64,000 nucleotides of DNA from an uncultured Clostridia bacterium (GTDB lineage: Bacteria > Bacillota > Clostridia > Oscillospirales > CAG-272), in assembly GCA_947631765.1 (NCBI GenBank), contig CANRMP010000007.1, forward strand, positions 72,647-136,646. The letters run 5' to 3'. A model generated the notes under the pieces. The model saw only the letters and a list, made by a program, of their open reading frames with translations, had not been told where the DNA came from and made no database searches. Positions 43,617-53,231 of the stretch are shown piece after piece (the first letter of the stretch is position 1; each line of letters begins with the position of its first letter). A program made the position numbers and the translations under genes.

Positions 43617-44549
43617 TTACTTATTTGTCGAGCCGTCAACCTGAATGTCAAGAAGCGACATAAAATCCTCGCTGCTGACAAACGTATCGGGAAGAGCGCC
43701 GTCCCAGTGGGTTATGTAGTAGTACCTGAGAAGGTCGGGAGTGAGCGATTCGGCAATAGCTCTGTTTATTGCCGCGTCCTTTTGTCCCTGATATTCCGCG
43801 CTGTCGGCTTGAATCTTCACGACGTCTGCGTCCGATTCGGCTTTGATTTTTGCAACCTCGGCGTCTGACTCGGCCTTGATTTTGGCACGCTTTGCCGCCT
43901 GGTCTGCTTCCATTGTCTGCTGTTCCTGCTCGATTTCAGCCTGAAGCTTGTTCTGAGCGGCAACCTGCTTTGCCTCGACAGCGTCTGTAAAAGCGTCGGT
44001 AAAGTCTATGTTGTCAATCGAGGTGGCGACAAGAATAATGTTGTACTCGGTAAGCTCCGCTTCAAGCGCAGTATTTATCTTTTGAGAAAGCTCCTCTCTC
44101 TTTTCGATAAGCTGTTCTGCGTTGTACTGGGCAACGTAGGTTTTGACTGAGGACTGGATTCTCGGAACCATAACCGTATCAAAATAGTCGACTCCGATGC
44201 TTTTGTAAATGTTCTGCGCGTTTGATTTTTCAATCTGATAGTTTACGGAATAGGAGAGAGCAACCTCTTGAATATCCGAGGAGAAGCATGAAAGCTCTAT
44301 TGTCTTTTTCTGATTTCTGTTATCCATTTTTACAACTGCCTGCCAAGGAAGCTTGAAGTGCATTCCCGCGTCCAGCGTCTCGTCTTCGACCTTACCGAAG
44401 GTTGTGACAATACCCGTGTGTCCTGTGGGGACAGATACGGTGCAGCTTGCCGCAAGTATTAGAAAAACCACAATGCAAAGCACGACTCCTGCAATTATTC
44501 CGACGGTTTTTCCGCTGATTTTTGTCTGATTGGTGTAAACTTTAGCCAT
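43617..44549 (-). CDS. SPFH/Band 7 (prohibitin-like) membrane protein
   Basis: An N-terminal TM helix is followed by VPTGHTGIVTTFGKV and an Ala/Glu/Gln-rich coiled-coil tail. The tail contains the duplicate AKIKAESDAEV / AKIKAESDADV. Confidence 0.85.
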   Translation of the reverse strand: MAKVYTNQTKISGKTVGIIAGVVLCIVVFLILAASCTVSVPTGHTGIVTTFGKVEDETLDAGMHFKLPWQAVVKMDNRNQKKTIELSCFSSDIQEVALSYSVNYQIEKSNAQNIYKSIGVDYFDTVMVPRIQSSVKTYVAQYNAEQLIEKREELSQKINTALEAELTEYNIILVATSIDNIDFTDAFTDAVEAKQVAAQNKLQAEIEQEQQTMEADQAAKRAKIKAESDAEVAKIKAESDADVVKIQADSAEYQGQKDAAINRAIAESLTPDLLRYYYITHWDGALPDTFVSSEDFMSLLDIQVDGSTNK

Positions 44550-44841
44550 TTAAATACCTCCCGCCGTTATACGGCAAATGTTTTTTAATATTTTTTATGT
44601 TAAGGTTTTGCGCCTTACAATAATATTAACACGGGTTTTTATATTTTTCGCACGGGGCAAGAAAATTTTGTTTACGGTATCTTTGCGCCGTAAGATAGCC
44701 GAACCTCGGCGATTTTTAACCGCGCCGCAGATAATTTCGACTGCAAATAAAGTATAACATAAGGTCGGATTTTTGTCAACGTCGGAAAAAGAAGATAACA
44801 AAAATATGAAACGCAAGGCGGCGAAAAATAACAACAAACTA

Positions 44842-44870
44842 TTGATTTTTATGTACAAATATGATAGAAT
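44842..44870 (+). promoter_or_regulatory. Promoter of the ACT/UPF0210 pair
   Basis: TTGATT (44842-44847), a 17-nt spacer, and TGaTAGAAT with the hexamer at 44865-44870. Confidence 0.5.
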
Positions 44871-44989
44871 ATATCAGAAATTGCGCCGGACATTGCAGAG
44901 ACGGCAAAAACTTAAGAAGGGCTTTACATAAAGCACGAAAAGCTAAGGCTTACTTATAATATGAAAAACAGTTTGAGAGGTCAGGATAA

Positions 44990-45259
44990 ATGAAAGCAAT
45001 AATAACCGTGACAGGTATTGACGGTGTGGGCATTGTAGCCTTTGTCAGCTCGGTATGCGCAAAATACGGAGTCAGCATAAACGATATTTCTCAAAGCGTT
45101 ATAGGGGAGTATTTTGCCATGATTATGGTGGCAAGTATCGACAATATTACTATACCTTTTAATGAATTTGTCGATGTAATAGAGTCCGCGGGAAAAGAAA
45201 AGGGGCTTGTTATAAGCGCAATGCATGAAAATATTTTTACATCAATGCACAGGATATAA
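44990..45259 (+). CDS. ACT-domain protein (UPF0237 family)
   Basis: This 89-aa ORF has MKAIITVTGIDGVGIVAFVS, and it pairs in the classic way with the following UPF0210 gene. Confidence 0.85.
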   Translation: MKAIITVTGIDGVGIVAFVSSVCAKYGVSINDISQSVIGEYFAMIMVASIDNITIPFNEFVDVIESAGKEKGLVISAMHENIFTSMHRI

Positions 45260-45281
45260 GACGTAAGGCGGTGCGCGCACA

Positions 45282-46646
45282 ATGAATTTTTATAACAGCA
45301 GTGATATTTTAGAAACAATAAATATGATCCATTCGGAAAATCTCGACATACGCACCATCACCATGGGAATTTCTCTTTTTGACTGCGTGAGCGACGACAC
45401 CGAAAGACTCTGCGAAAGGATTTATGACAAGATAACAAAAAGAGCCGAAGGTCTTGTGAAAACCGGAGAGGATATCGAAAAAAAGTACGGTATCCCGATA
45501 ATTAACAAGCGCGTGGCGGTAACTCCCGTTTCGCTTATCGGCGGAGGGGCAGACCCCGACGGCTACGTAAAAATCGCAAAAACGCTTGACAGGGCGGCAA
45601 AGGCGCTCGGCATAAACTTTATCGGGGGCTTTTCCGCACTGACTCAGAAGGGAATGACACTCGGAGCAAAAAATTTGCTTGACGCCGTGCCGCAGGCGCT
45701 TAGTCAGACCGACGCTCTTTGCTCCTCTGTGAACGTCGCCTCCACAAAAGCGGGAATAAATATGGACGCAGTCGTTATATGCGCAAATATCATAAAGGAG
45801 CTTGCATATCTTACAAGAGAGGATCGCTCGATAGGCTGCGCAAAATTTGTGGTCTTTGCAAACTCTCCCGAGGACAATCCCTTTATGGCGGGGGCGTTTA
45901 ACGGAATAGGCGAGCCCGAAGCGGTAATAAACGTCGGAGTTTCAGGTCCCGGGGTTGTGGCGTCGGCAATACGGCGCGCGGGTGACTGCGACCTTTCAAC
46001 CCTTGCCGAGACGGTTAAGAAAACGGCTTTCAAAATCACAAGAGTCGGACAGCTTGTTGCAAGAGAGGCAGCAGAGAGGCTCGGCGTTCCCTTCGGAATT
46101 GTCGATTTGTCGCTTGCTCCCACTCCGGCAATAGGCGACAGCGTGGCGCATATAATTGAAGAAATGGGAATAGAAAAGTGCGGAGGCTGCGGAACGACCG
46201 CCTGCCTTGCGCTTCTCAACGACGCCGTGAAAAAAGGAGGCGTTATGGCGTCCTCTCATGTGGGCGGACTTTCGGGCGCGTTTATTCCGGTGTCTGAGGA
46301 CGCGGGCATGATAAACGCCGTCGAATGCGGAGCGCTCTCGATAGAAAAGCTTGAGGCGATGACGGCGGTATGCTCCGTTGGGCTTGACATGATTGCAATT
46401 CCGGGCGACACTCCGCAGGCGGTTATTGCCGGGCTAATCGCAGATGAAATATCAATAGGGGTTGTAAACACCAAAACCACGGCGGTTAGGGTCATTCCCG
46501 CTTACGGGAAAAAGGTCGGAGATAAGGTATCGCTCGGCGGGCTTCTCGGCGACGCGCCTGTAATGAAAATAAGCTCATACAGCCCCGAAAAATTCATAAG
46601 CCGAGGCGGCAGGATTCCGGCTCCTATACACAGTCTCAAAAATTAA
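45282..46646 (+). CDS. UPF0210/DUF711 (PFL-like) family protein
   Basis: This 454-aa ORF has the N-terminus [24 protein letters not shown]. Confidence 0.85.
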   Translation: MNFYNSSDILETINMIHSENLDIRTITMGISLFDCVSDDTERLCERIYDKITKRAEGLVKTGEDIEKKYGIPIINKRVAVTPVSLIGGGADPDGYVKIAKTLDRAAKALGINFIGGFSALTQKGMTLGAKNLLDAVPQALSQTDALCSSVNVASTKAGINMDAVVICANIIKELAYLTREDRSIGCAKFVVFANSPEDNPFMAGAFNGIGEPEAVINVGVSGPGVVASAIRRAGDCDLSTLAETVKKTAFKITRVGQLVAREAAERLGVPFGIVDLSLAPTPAIGDSVAHIIEEMGIEKCGGCGTTACLALLNDAVKKGGVMASSHVGGLSGAFIPVSEDAGMINAVECGALSIEKLEAMTAVCSVGLDMIAIPGDTPQAVIAGLIADEISIGVVNTKTTAVRVIPAYGKKVGDKVSLGGLLGDAPVMKISSYSPEKFISRGGRIPAPIHSLKN

Positions 46647-46650
46647 AACC

Positions 46651-47622
46651 ATGAGAAAAAAAGGAGACAATCCCTTTCCTTATTCCGACTCGAATAAAAG
46701 GTATCACACCTATGATTATTTTCTGAGAAACAAATTCGGAAAAAAGGTCTATAAAGTGTCGCTTGACTGCGGCTTTACCTGCCCAAATATCGACGGCACC
46801 AAGGGATACGGGGGATGCACATATTGCTCGGGTCGCGGAAGCGGCGATTTTGCCGCGCCGTCATGGCTTAGTATCAAAGAGCAGTATGAAAGGGTCAGAG
46901 AAGCTCTTTCAAAAAAATGGTCGGACGGATTTTGCATACCTTATTTTCAGGCGCATACAAATACTTATGCGCCGCCTGAGGTGCTAAGACATAAGTATTA
47001 TGAGGCGCTCTGTCTTCCAAACACGGTGGGAATAAGTATTTCCACCCGTCCGGACTGCCTTGAAAATGATGTTTTAAAACTGCTTGAAGAAATAAACCGA
47101 AAGACCTTTTTGACGGTCGAGCTCGGGCTTCAAAGCATTTTCGACCAAACGGCAAAAAGAATAAACCGCTGTCACACCTTTGCCGATTTTCTTGACGGCT
47201 ACAACAAATTAAAAGAGCGCAATATTAACGTCTGTATTCACATTATAGACGGTCTTCCGGGCGAAAGTCACGAAATGATGCTTGAGAGCGCAAAGACGAT
47301 AGGTTCGCTTTGCCCTCACGCCGTCAAAATTCATCTGCTTCACGTGCTTTCGGGAACCGAGATGGCAAAAGAATACCAAAGAGGCGAGTTTTTTGTTCTG
47401 TCGCTTGAAGAATATGTAAATATCGTATGCGACCAGCTTGAATATCTGCCGCCCGAAACTGTAATAGGCAGAGTGACGGGTGACGGCGCGCCGCAAGACC
47501 TTATAGCGCCGCTCTGGAGCCTTAAAAAGTTTGTCGTTATGAACGAAATTGACAAGGAGCTTGTAAGAAGAGGCTCTTTTCAGGGCGCACGTTTGCAAAA
47601 AACTTCCTTTACGGGAAAATAA
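46651..47622 (+). CDS. Radical SAM protein, TIGR01212 (YtqA/YhcC-like) family
   Basis: The string LDCGFTCPNIDGTKGYGGCTYCSGRGSGDF matches the family signature. Confidence 0.85.
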   Translation: MRKKGDNPFPYSDSNKRYHTYDYFLRNKFGKKVYKVSLDCGFTCPNIDGTKGYGGCTYCSGRGSGDFAAPSWLSIKEQYERVREALSKKWSDGFCIPYFQAHTNTYAPPEVLRHKYYEALCLPNTVGISISTRPDCLENDVLKLLEEINRKTFLTVELGLQSIFDQTAKRINRCHTFADFLDGYNKLKERNINVCIHIIDGLPGESHEMMLESAKTIGSLCPHAVKIHLLHVLSGTEMAKEYQRGEFFVLSLEEYVNIVCDQLEYLPPETVIGRVTGDGAPQDLIAPLWSLKKFVVMNEIDKELVRRGSFQGARLQKTSFTGK

Positions 47623-47640
47623 AAAAAGCGTAAAGTTTTA

Positions 47641-47669
47641 TTGACACGGGATAACATACATTATATAAT
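47641..47669 (+). promoter_or_regulatory. Consensus promoter
   Basis: TTGACA (47641-47646), a 17-nt spacer and TATAAT (47664-47669). Confidence 0.55.
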
Positions 47670-47690
47670 ATTATCCGAGAAAGCGAATAA

Positions 47691-48581
47691 TTGCGGGGTG
47701 ATTGTTTGGAGCTTGAAAAGGAGCTTGAAAAGAGGCGGCATGAGGCGCTTGTATACAATATTATTTTCATTGCCGTTGCCGCTTTTTTCGTTTTGACTTT
47801 TTTCTTTATCGGTATTTTTGCATTTGTCGGCATAATTCTTGACATTGTTTTCGAGATTGTCGTTGTGCGCAAAAAGGTTCGGGAGTTCAAGCGCTTTTAC
47901 AAGGAAAATCTTGTAAAGCATGTGCTTGAAGGGTATATAGAGGATCTTTACTTTGACCCGCAAAACGGCATAAGCATGGACGTTATTTCGGATACCGGAA
48001 TGATGATGCTCGGCAACCGCTACGATGCAAACGATTATATCAGCGGCGTATACAAGGGCACATTCTTCGAACAGTCCGACGTGCTTATTCAGGATGTGCA
48101 GAGCAGCGGTAAAAATACCACAACCGTCACATATTTTCAGGGCAGATGGATGATTTTCAGCTTCAACAAGCGCTTTGCCTATGACATGCAGATAAAAGAA
48201 AATACATTCAGATATTCAAAATACAAGAGCTCGCTTTTTGAACCGAAAAACGAGCGCTTTAAAAAGATAGATTTTGAAGACAGCGCCTTCAACTCGGTTT
48301 TTACAACCTTTGCAAAAGACGAGCACGAAGCGTATTATATCGTAACTCCCCAGTTTATGCAGCACCTTATGGAGTTTAACGATATGATAAAAGGCGACCT
48401 GCTATTGTGCTTTGTAAACAACAGGCTTCACCTTGCAATCAATAACAACAAGGACTCTTTTGAGCCGAATGTTTTCAGGAAAATAAATATTCGAAACGAA
48501 ATGGGGCTTATAAAAGAGGACCTTGAGCTGATTTTCAAATTTGTCGACACTCTTAAGCTTGATACAAGACTGTTCGTATAA
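47691..48581 (+). CDS. DUF3137-family membrane protein
   Basis: Two N-terminal TM helices precede YDANDYISGVYKGTFFEQSDV...VTYFQGRWMIF. The start is non-ATG: either TTG at 47691 or TTG at 47706 after GGGGTGA. Confidence 0.7.
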   Translation: MRGDCLELEKELEKRRHEALVYNIIFIAVAAFFVLTFFFIGIFAFVGIILDIVFEIVVVRKKVREFKRFYKENLVKHVLEGYIEDLYFDPQNGISMDVISDTGMMMLGNRYDANDYISGVYKGTFFEQSDVLIQDVQSSGKNTTTVTYFQGRWMIFSFNKRFAYDMQIKENTFRYSKYKSSLFEPKNERFKKIDFEDSAFNSVFTTFAKDEHEAYYIVTPQFMQHLMEFNDMIKGDLLLCFVNNRLHLAINNNKDSFEPNVFRKINIRNEMGLIKEDLELIFKFVDTLKLDTRLFV

Positions 48582-48708
48582 ATTTGAATATACATAATTT
48601 TCGAAAAAAAGCCGCAAGGCATTTGACGGCTTCATGAAAACATATAAACAATATTAACACAATTTTAATTTTAAGAAAGGACCCGCCAAGGCGGGAAGGG
48701 AAAAAATC

Positions 48709-49254
48709 ATGGCTGCATTTATTATCGGAGCGCTCATACTTGTAATACTTCTTATAATAGTTTGGTACATTTCAACAATGAATACATTCAAAGTCATGAG
48801 AGTGAAGGTGGACGAGGCGGAGTCTGGCATTGACGTCGCTCTGGCAAAGCGTTCGGACGTTTTGACAAAAATGCTCGATACCTGCAAGGGCTATATGAAG
48901 CACGAGGCAGAGGTTTTTGCAGACGTCATAAAGCTGAGAAAGGGCATGACTCTCTCCGAAAAGGTAAAGCTCAGCGAGGACATGGACGCTCTTCAAAAGC
49001 AGATAAACATAACTGCTGAGGCGTACCCCGACCTCAAATCGGGTGAGACCTTTATAATGCTTCAAAAGAGCATTGCCGACGTTGAAGAGCATCTTCAAGC
49101 GGCAAGGCGCGCTTATAACGGCAACGTGTCAAAGTACAACCAAAGGTTAGTCGTTTTCCCCGCTTCAATTGTGGCAAACGCCTGCGGGATGACAAAATGC
49201 GAATTTTTCGAAGCGAGCGAGAAACAGCGCGAGGACGTCAAGATTGAATTTTAA
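48709..49254 (+). CDS. lemA: LemA family protein
   Basis: This 181-aa ORF has an N-terminal TM helix, NTFKVMRVKVDEAESGIDVALAKRSDVL and a C-terminal YN..V..YN motif. Confidence 0.88.
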   Translation: MAAFIIGALILVILLIIVWYISTMNTFKVMRVKVDEAESGIDVALAKRSDVLTKMLDTCKGYMKHEAEVFADVIKLRKGMTLSEKVKLSEDMDALQKQINITAEAYPDLKSGETFIMLQKSIADVEEHLQAARRAYNGNVSKYNQRLVVFPASIVANACGMTKCEFFEASEKQREDVKIEF

Positions 49255-49299
49255 TCTTCGAGCAGGATACATTCGTGCAGAGATGAAAGAGGTGAAGCT

Positions 49300-50163
49300 A
49301 TGATAGAGTTTTGGAATAATATTGCCGATATGTTCAAAATGATGACCATATATGACCTTATTGACATATTGGCGGTCAGTGTTCTTATATTCCTTGCATA
49401 CAGATTTATAAGCGTACGTCGGGCGGGAAAGCTGACTATCGGTATTGCGATTATTATCATTTTATCTGTTTTAAGCAATATCTTCCATCTTAATACCATG
49501 AGTTTTATTTTCTCCAATCTGTTTCAGGTCGGTATAGTTGCACTAATTGTGGTATTTCAGCCCGAGCTTCGTTCCGCTCTTGAAAAGGTGGGCGGAGTCA
49601 GGGAGTACATTAACCATGTGTCCCTCAATAAGAGCGAAAAGCATGTAGCGGAGTGTATTGACATTATCTGCAACGCGGTCTGCGACATGGCGCTTGACAA
49701 AACCGGAGCGCTTATAGTTTTCGAACGTGCGGAAAAGCTTGACGACGTTATTAAGAGCGGTACTATTGTAAACGCCGATCTTTCGGTAAATCTCATTAAA
49801 AATATTTTTTACAAAAACTCGCCTCTTCACGACGGCGCCATGGTGATAAGAGATTTCAGAATCATAAGCGCAAAATGTATGCTTCCGCTTAGCACCAAGT
49901 CAAGTATGGCAAGCGAAGAGTACGCCACAAGGCACCGCGCGGCAATAGGCATGACCGAAATCAGCGACGCTGTTGTCGTTGTCGTCAGCGAGCAGACCGG
50001 GGTTATATCCGTAACTCACGGAGGCGGAATAGAAAGAGAATACGACTACAGAAAGCTTCACGAGACTCTTGAAGGCTTCCTCACTCCCTCCTCTCAAAAT
50101 GCGGGCGAAAAAAAGGGCGCAAAGGGCAAGTCTGCCGAAAAGGAAGCGTCAAATAATAAGTGA
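49300..50163 (+). CDS. cdaA: Diadenylate cyclase CdaA
   Basis: Three N-terminal TM helices precede a DAC domain (TGALIVFE, LHDGAMVI, TRHRAAIG, VVVVSEQTG). Confidence 0.9.
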   Translation: MIEFWNNIADMFKMMTIYDLIDILAVSVLIFLAYRFISVRRAGKLTIGIAIIIILSVLSNIFHLNTMSFIFSNLFQVGIVALIVVFQPELRSALEKVGGVREYINHVSLNKSEKHVAECIDIICNAVCDMALDKTGALIVFERAEKLDDVIKSGTIVNADLSVNLIKNIFYKNSPLHDGAMVIRDFRIISAKCMLPLSTKSSMASEEYATRHRAAIGMTEISDAVVVVVSEQTGVISVTHGGGIEREYDYRKLHETLEGFLTPSSQNAGEKKGAKGKSAEKEASNNK

Positions 50164-50323
50164 GCTTTGCGGCATAGGTCAAAGCGTGCTGAAAAGTTAT
50201 GCAAAAGGACAAAAACTTTTGTTACTTGAGGTGCTGCAATAAAAGGTTCTGCTATGTCGGCAGGACAAACGTCGGATACACATGGTATTTGTGCCGCGGC
50301 ATGGCGGCGGAATGGAGATTTAC

Positions 50324-51613
50324 ATGCTTTTTAATAAAAAAGGTTTCAATGATGAAAAAAATAAAGTTAAAACAAGGAAAAAAGGCTCTCTAAATACGGT
50401 AGATATCATAATGATAGCTATTTCGCTGATTTTGGGTGTGGCGCTTTGGTTATATGTGTACAGCACGACAAACACCACCGATGAGAAGACCTTCAACCTT
50501 GTCAGCATTGAAAAGAAAAATACGGCGTCTCTTTTTGAAAATCACAATCTTGTCGTTCAGTCTATGAATATCGACACGGTGAACGTCACGGTTATGGGAA
50601 GCAAAAACGTCATAAACGGAGTGACCGGCGCAGATATAAGCGCGTATATAAATCTTATTGACATATCGGAGGCGGGCGAATACAGACTTGAGGTACTTAT
50701 TGACGTTCCCGAAGGGGTGACATGCGTCGGTCAGACGGTATCTTATGTTGAGGTCACCGTGGACTCTTCAACCGAAAAGACTGTTGAGGTCACAGGCGAC
50801 AATGTGATACTGAGCGGCTGGAATCTTGAGGCGGGTTATTCTTTCGGCGATATTACCACAAATTTAACCTCGGTAAAGCTTGAAGGCGCTCAGAACGATA
50901 TAAACAAGATAAGCTCAATAGGACTTGTAACCGGGTCGCTCGGAAATGTCAGAAACAGTATGACCGCTTTTTGCGAGCTGGTGCTTTTGGACGCCGCAGG
51001 AAACGAGCTTGACCTGCCGGGAGTATATGTAACTCCGAGCGTCAATTTAAACAGCATAGAGGCGCATATAACGGTGTTTAAGGAAAAGACGGTTCCTCTT
51101 GAGCTGCTCTTCTCATACGGATACATTGAGGAAAGCTGTATTAACATCACTCCGTCCGAGGTTGTTATTAAGGGAGAAGCGTCCTTCGTGGATGAGGTTG
51201 AGAGCATTGTGCTTGGCAGAATAGATGAGAAGAGCATCGCTTATCCTGTGTACGAGACGCGCTTTGACGTAAAGTATGACGGGCTTGAAATACTTGACGG
51301 AAGCGGAAAAGCCGTAAACTCGGCGACTGTGAAAATAGACCGCTCGGCAGTAAAAAGCCGTACAATAACCGGAGTTGCGCTTTATACCGACGGAGTTATA
51401 AATGAAGAATACGAAGCCGAGGTTACAATTCTTGCAAGACGGGGAGACGACATATCGCTTTCATTCCTAAACAGCATCGGCGAGCAAAATATACGGGTTT
51501 ACTCGCAGGACAACGCCGAGGTATACGCAGTGGTATTTTCGGATAATTATTACGAGTACGTGTATGAGTGCGTTGTAAATATTGTGGCAAAAGCGAATAT
51601 TTCAGATGAATAA
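50324..51613 (+). CDS. cdaR: YbbR-domain protein (CdaA regulator CdaR)
   Basis: It lies downstream of cdaA and has one TM helix plus repeated YbbR-like beta-rich units. The start is uncertain (50282, 50312 or 50324). Confidence 0.75.
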   Translation: MLFNKKGFNDEKNKVKTRKKGSLNTVDIIMIAISLILGVALWLYVYSTTNTTDEKTFNLVSIEKKNTASLFENHNLVVQSMNIDTVNVTVMGSKNVINGVTGADISAYINLIDISEAGEYRLEVLIDVPEGVTCVGQTVSYVEVTVDSSTEKTVEVTGDNVILSGWNLEAGYSFGDITTNLTSVKLEGAQNDINKISSIGLVTGSLGNVRNSMTAFCELVLLDAAGNELDLPGVYVTPSVNLNSIEAHITVFKEKTVPLELLFSYGYIEESCINITPSEVVIKGEASFVDEVESIVLGRIDEKSIAYPVYETRFDVKYDGLEILDGSGKAVNSATVKIDRSAVKSRTITGVALYTDGVINEEYEAEVTILARRGDDISLSFLNSIGEQNIRVYSQDNAEVYAVVFSDNYYEYVYECVVNIVAKANISDE

Positions 51614-53207
51614 GATAATTCTGAGAAATTTAAGGGCGTCTGTTACGGAGCCTGAGCCCTCGGCGCTAAGGCGCGCCGCCGCACTGCTAAAAAAAGAGGG
51701 GATAAGCTACAGCAGTCTTTCCCTATGCAAAAGATCGCTTGACGCGAGAAAAAAGAACGACATTCACTATATCTGTTCGGTAATTGCCGAAACAGAGCAG
51801 AATATAAGCGAGAAAAAGCTCGCCTGTCTTGATGCTGTTCCTCTTATAGAGAGCAGCATCAAGCCGCTGTACGGCAGTCTTCCCATGAACGACCGACCGC
51901 TTGTCGCGGGGTTTGGACCCTGCGGCATGTTCTGCGCCCTGCTTCTTGCGGAAAACGGCTATTCTCCGATAGTAATTGAGCGGGGCGGGGATGTTTCTTC
52001 AAGAAAAAAAGCGGTAAAAAGGTTCTATGAAAGCAGAGCTCTTGATACCGATTGTAACATTCAATTCGGAGCGGGGGGCGCCGGCACTTTTTCGGACGGC
52101 AAGCTGCTTACAAGAATAAACGACGGCAAGTGCTCCTATGTGTTGCGCCGACTTGTTGAATTCGGAGCGCCCGAGGATATATTAATAAATGCCAAGCCTC
52201 ATATCGGGACAGACCTTCTTGAAAAGGTCGTCTCGGGAATTGCAAAAAAAATCGAGGCGTCTGGCGGAGAAATACTGTACAACACCAAAATGCAAAAGGT
52301 ACGCACCGATATTTCGGGACATGCCCTCTCGGTTCTTACAAACAAAGGAGAAATCCCGTGCGGAACTTTGACGCTTGCACTCGGGCACAGCGCAAGAGAT
52401 ACGTATATGTATCTTATTAATAATTCGTTTGTCACTCTTCCCAAGGCGTTTTCGGTCGGAGTCAGAGTCGAGCATCTTCAAAGCGAACTGAATTATTCAA
52501 TGTACGGGGATATGGCGGAATTTCTTCCTCCCGCCGAGTACAGCCTTTCCAAAAGAGCGGGAGAAAGAGGAGTCTACAGCTTTTGCATGTGTCCTGGCGG
52601 TGAGGTGGTGGCGGCAGCCTCAGAAGAAGGAGGAGTCGTTACCAACGGCATGAGCAGTCACAGTCGAAATCTCAAAAACGCAAACAGCGCAATTGCCGTG
52701 TCTGTTTTGCCCGAGGATTACGAAAACAGCTCTGTGGGGGCAATAGAATTTCAGCGTGGACTTGAGAGAGCGGCGTTTGCCGCCGGAGGGGGAAATTACA
52801 ATGCTCCGCTGCAAACGCTCGGCGATTTTATGATAGGCAGTCTCAAAAGCGAGCCGACAAGGGTCGAGCCCTCCTATATGGGCAAAAACAGATATACGCT
52901 TTGCAAGCTTGACACAATATTGCCGCATTTTGTATGTGAAATGCTGAGGTCGGGATTTGACGATTTCGGAAGAAAAATAAAGGGCTTTGATGCTCCGTAC
53001 GCTCTGCTTACCGGAGTTGAAACGCGCACCTCATCCCCTATTAGAATATTAAGAAATGAAAATATGACGGCTGTGGGGCATGACAACATATACCCCTGCG
53101 GCGAAGGAGCGGGATATGCCGGAGGAATAACAAGCGCCTCGGTTGACGGTATATCGTGCGCTCTTGAAATAATGCGAAACTATAAAGCTCCCGTTTGTCG
53201 GGAATAA
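51606..53207 (+). CDS. FAD-dependent oxidoreductase (COG2509-like)
   Basis: The dinucleotide-binding motif is VAGFGPCGMFCALLLAENG. The ORF overlaps cdaR by 8 nt. Confidence 0.8.
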   Translation: MNKIILRNLRASVTEPEPSALRRAAALLKKEGISYSSLSLCKRSLDARKKNDIHYICSVIAETEQNISEKKLACLDAVPLIESSIKPLYGSLPMNDRPLVAGFGPCGMFCALLLAENGYSPIVIERGGDVSSRKKAVKRFYESRALDTDCNIQFGAGGAGTFSDGKLLTRINDGKCSYVLRRLVEFGAPEDILINAKPHIGTDLLEKVVSGIAKKIEASGGEILYNTKMQKVRTDISGHALSVLTNKGEIPCGTLTLALGHSARDTYMYLINNSFVTLPKAFSVGVRVEHLQSELNYSMYGDMAEFLPPAEYSLSKRAGERGVYSFCMCPGGEVVAAASEEGGVVTNGMSSHSRNLKNANSAIAVSVLPEDYENSSVGAIEFQRGLERAAFAAGGGNYNAPLQTLGDFMIGSLKSEPTRVEPSYMGKNRYTLCKLDTILPHFVCEMLRSGFDDFGRKIKGFDAPYALLTGVETRTSSPIRILRNENMTAVGHDNIYPCGEGAGYAGGITSASVDGISCALEIMRNYKAPVCRE

Positions 53208-53231
53208 AGCGAGTGAAAGGACAGTCCTGCA

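Noticed and set aside
44595-44858. An 87-aa minus-strand ORF lies in the SPFH/ACT intergenic region.
   Set aside because: It has a TTG start with no RBS and overlaps the ACT-operon promoter. Its sequence is low-complexity and basic. It is more likely non-coding promoter and leader DNA.
44871-44989. A riboswitch (for example ZTP/pfl) might lie in the roughly 115-nt leader of the ACT/UPF0210 operon, or a c-di-AMP (ydaO) riboswitch before the antiporter at 23368-23433.
   Set aside because: I could not find the conserved cores of either family, such as GGGTCGTGACTGGCG...CCGCCTGGGC for ZTP. The antiporter leader is only about 60 nt, which is too short for ydaO.
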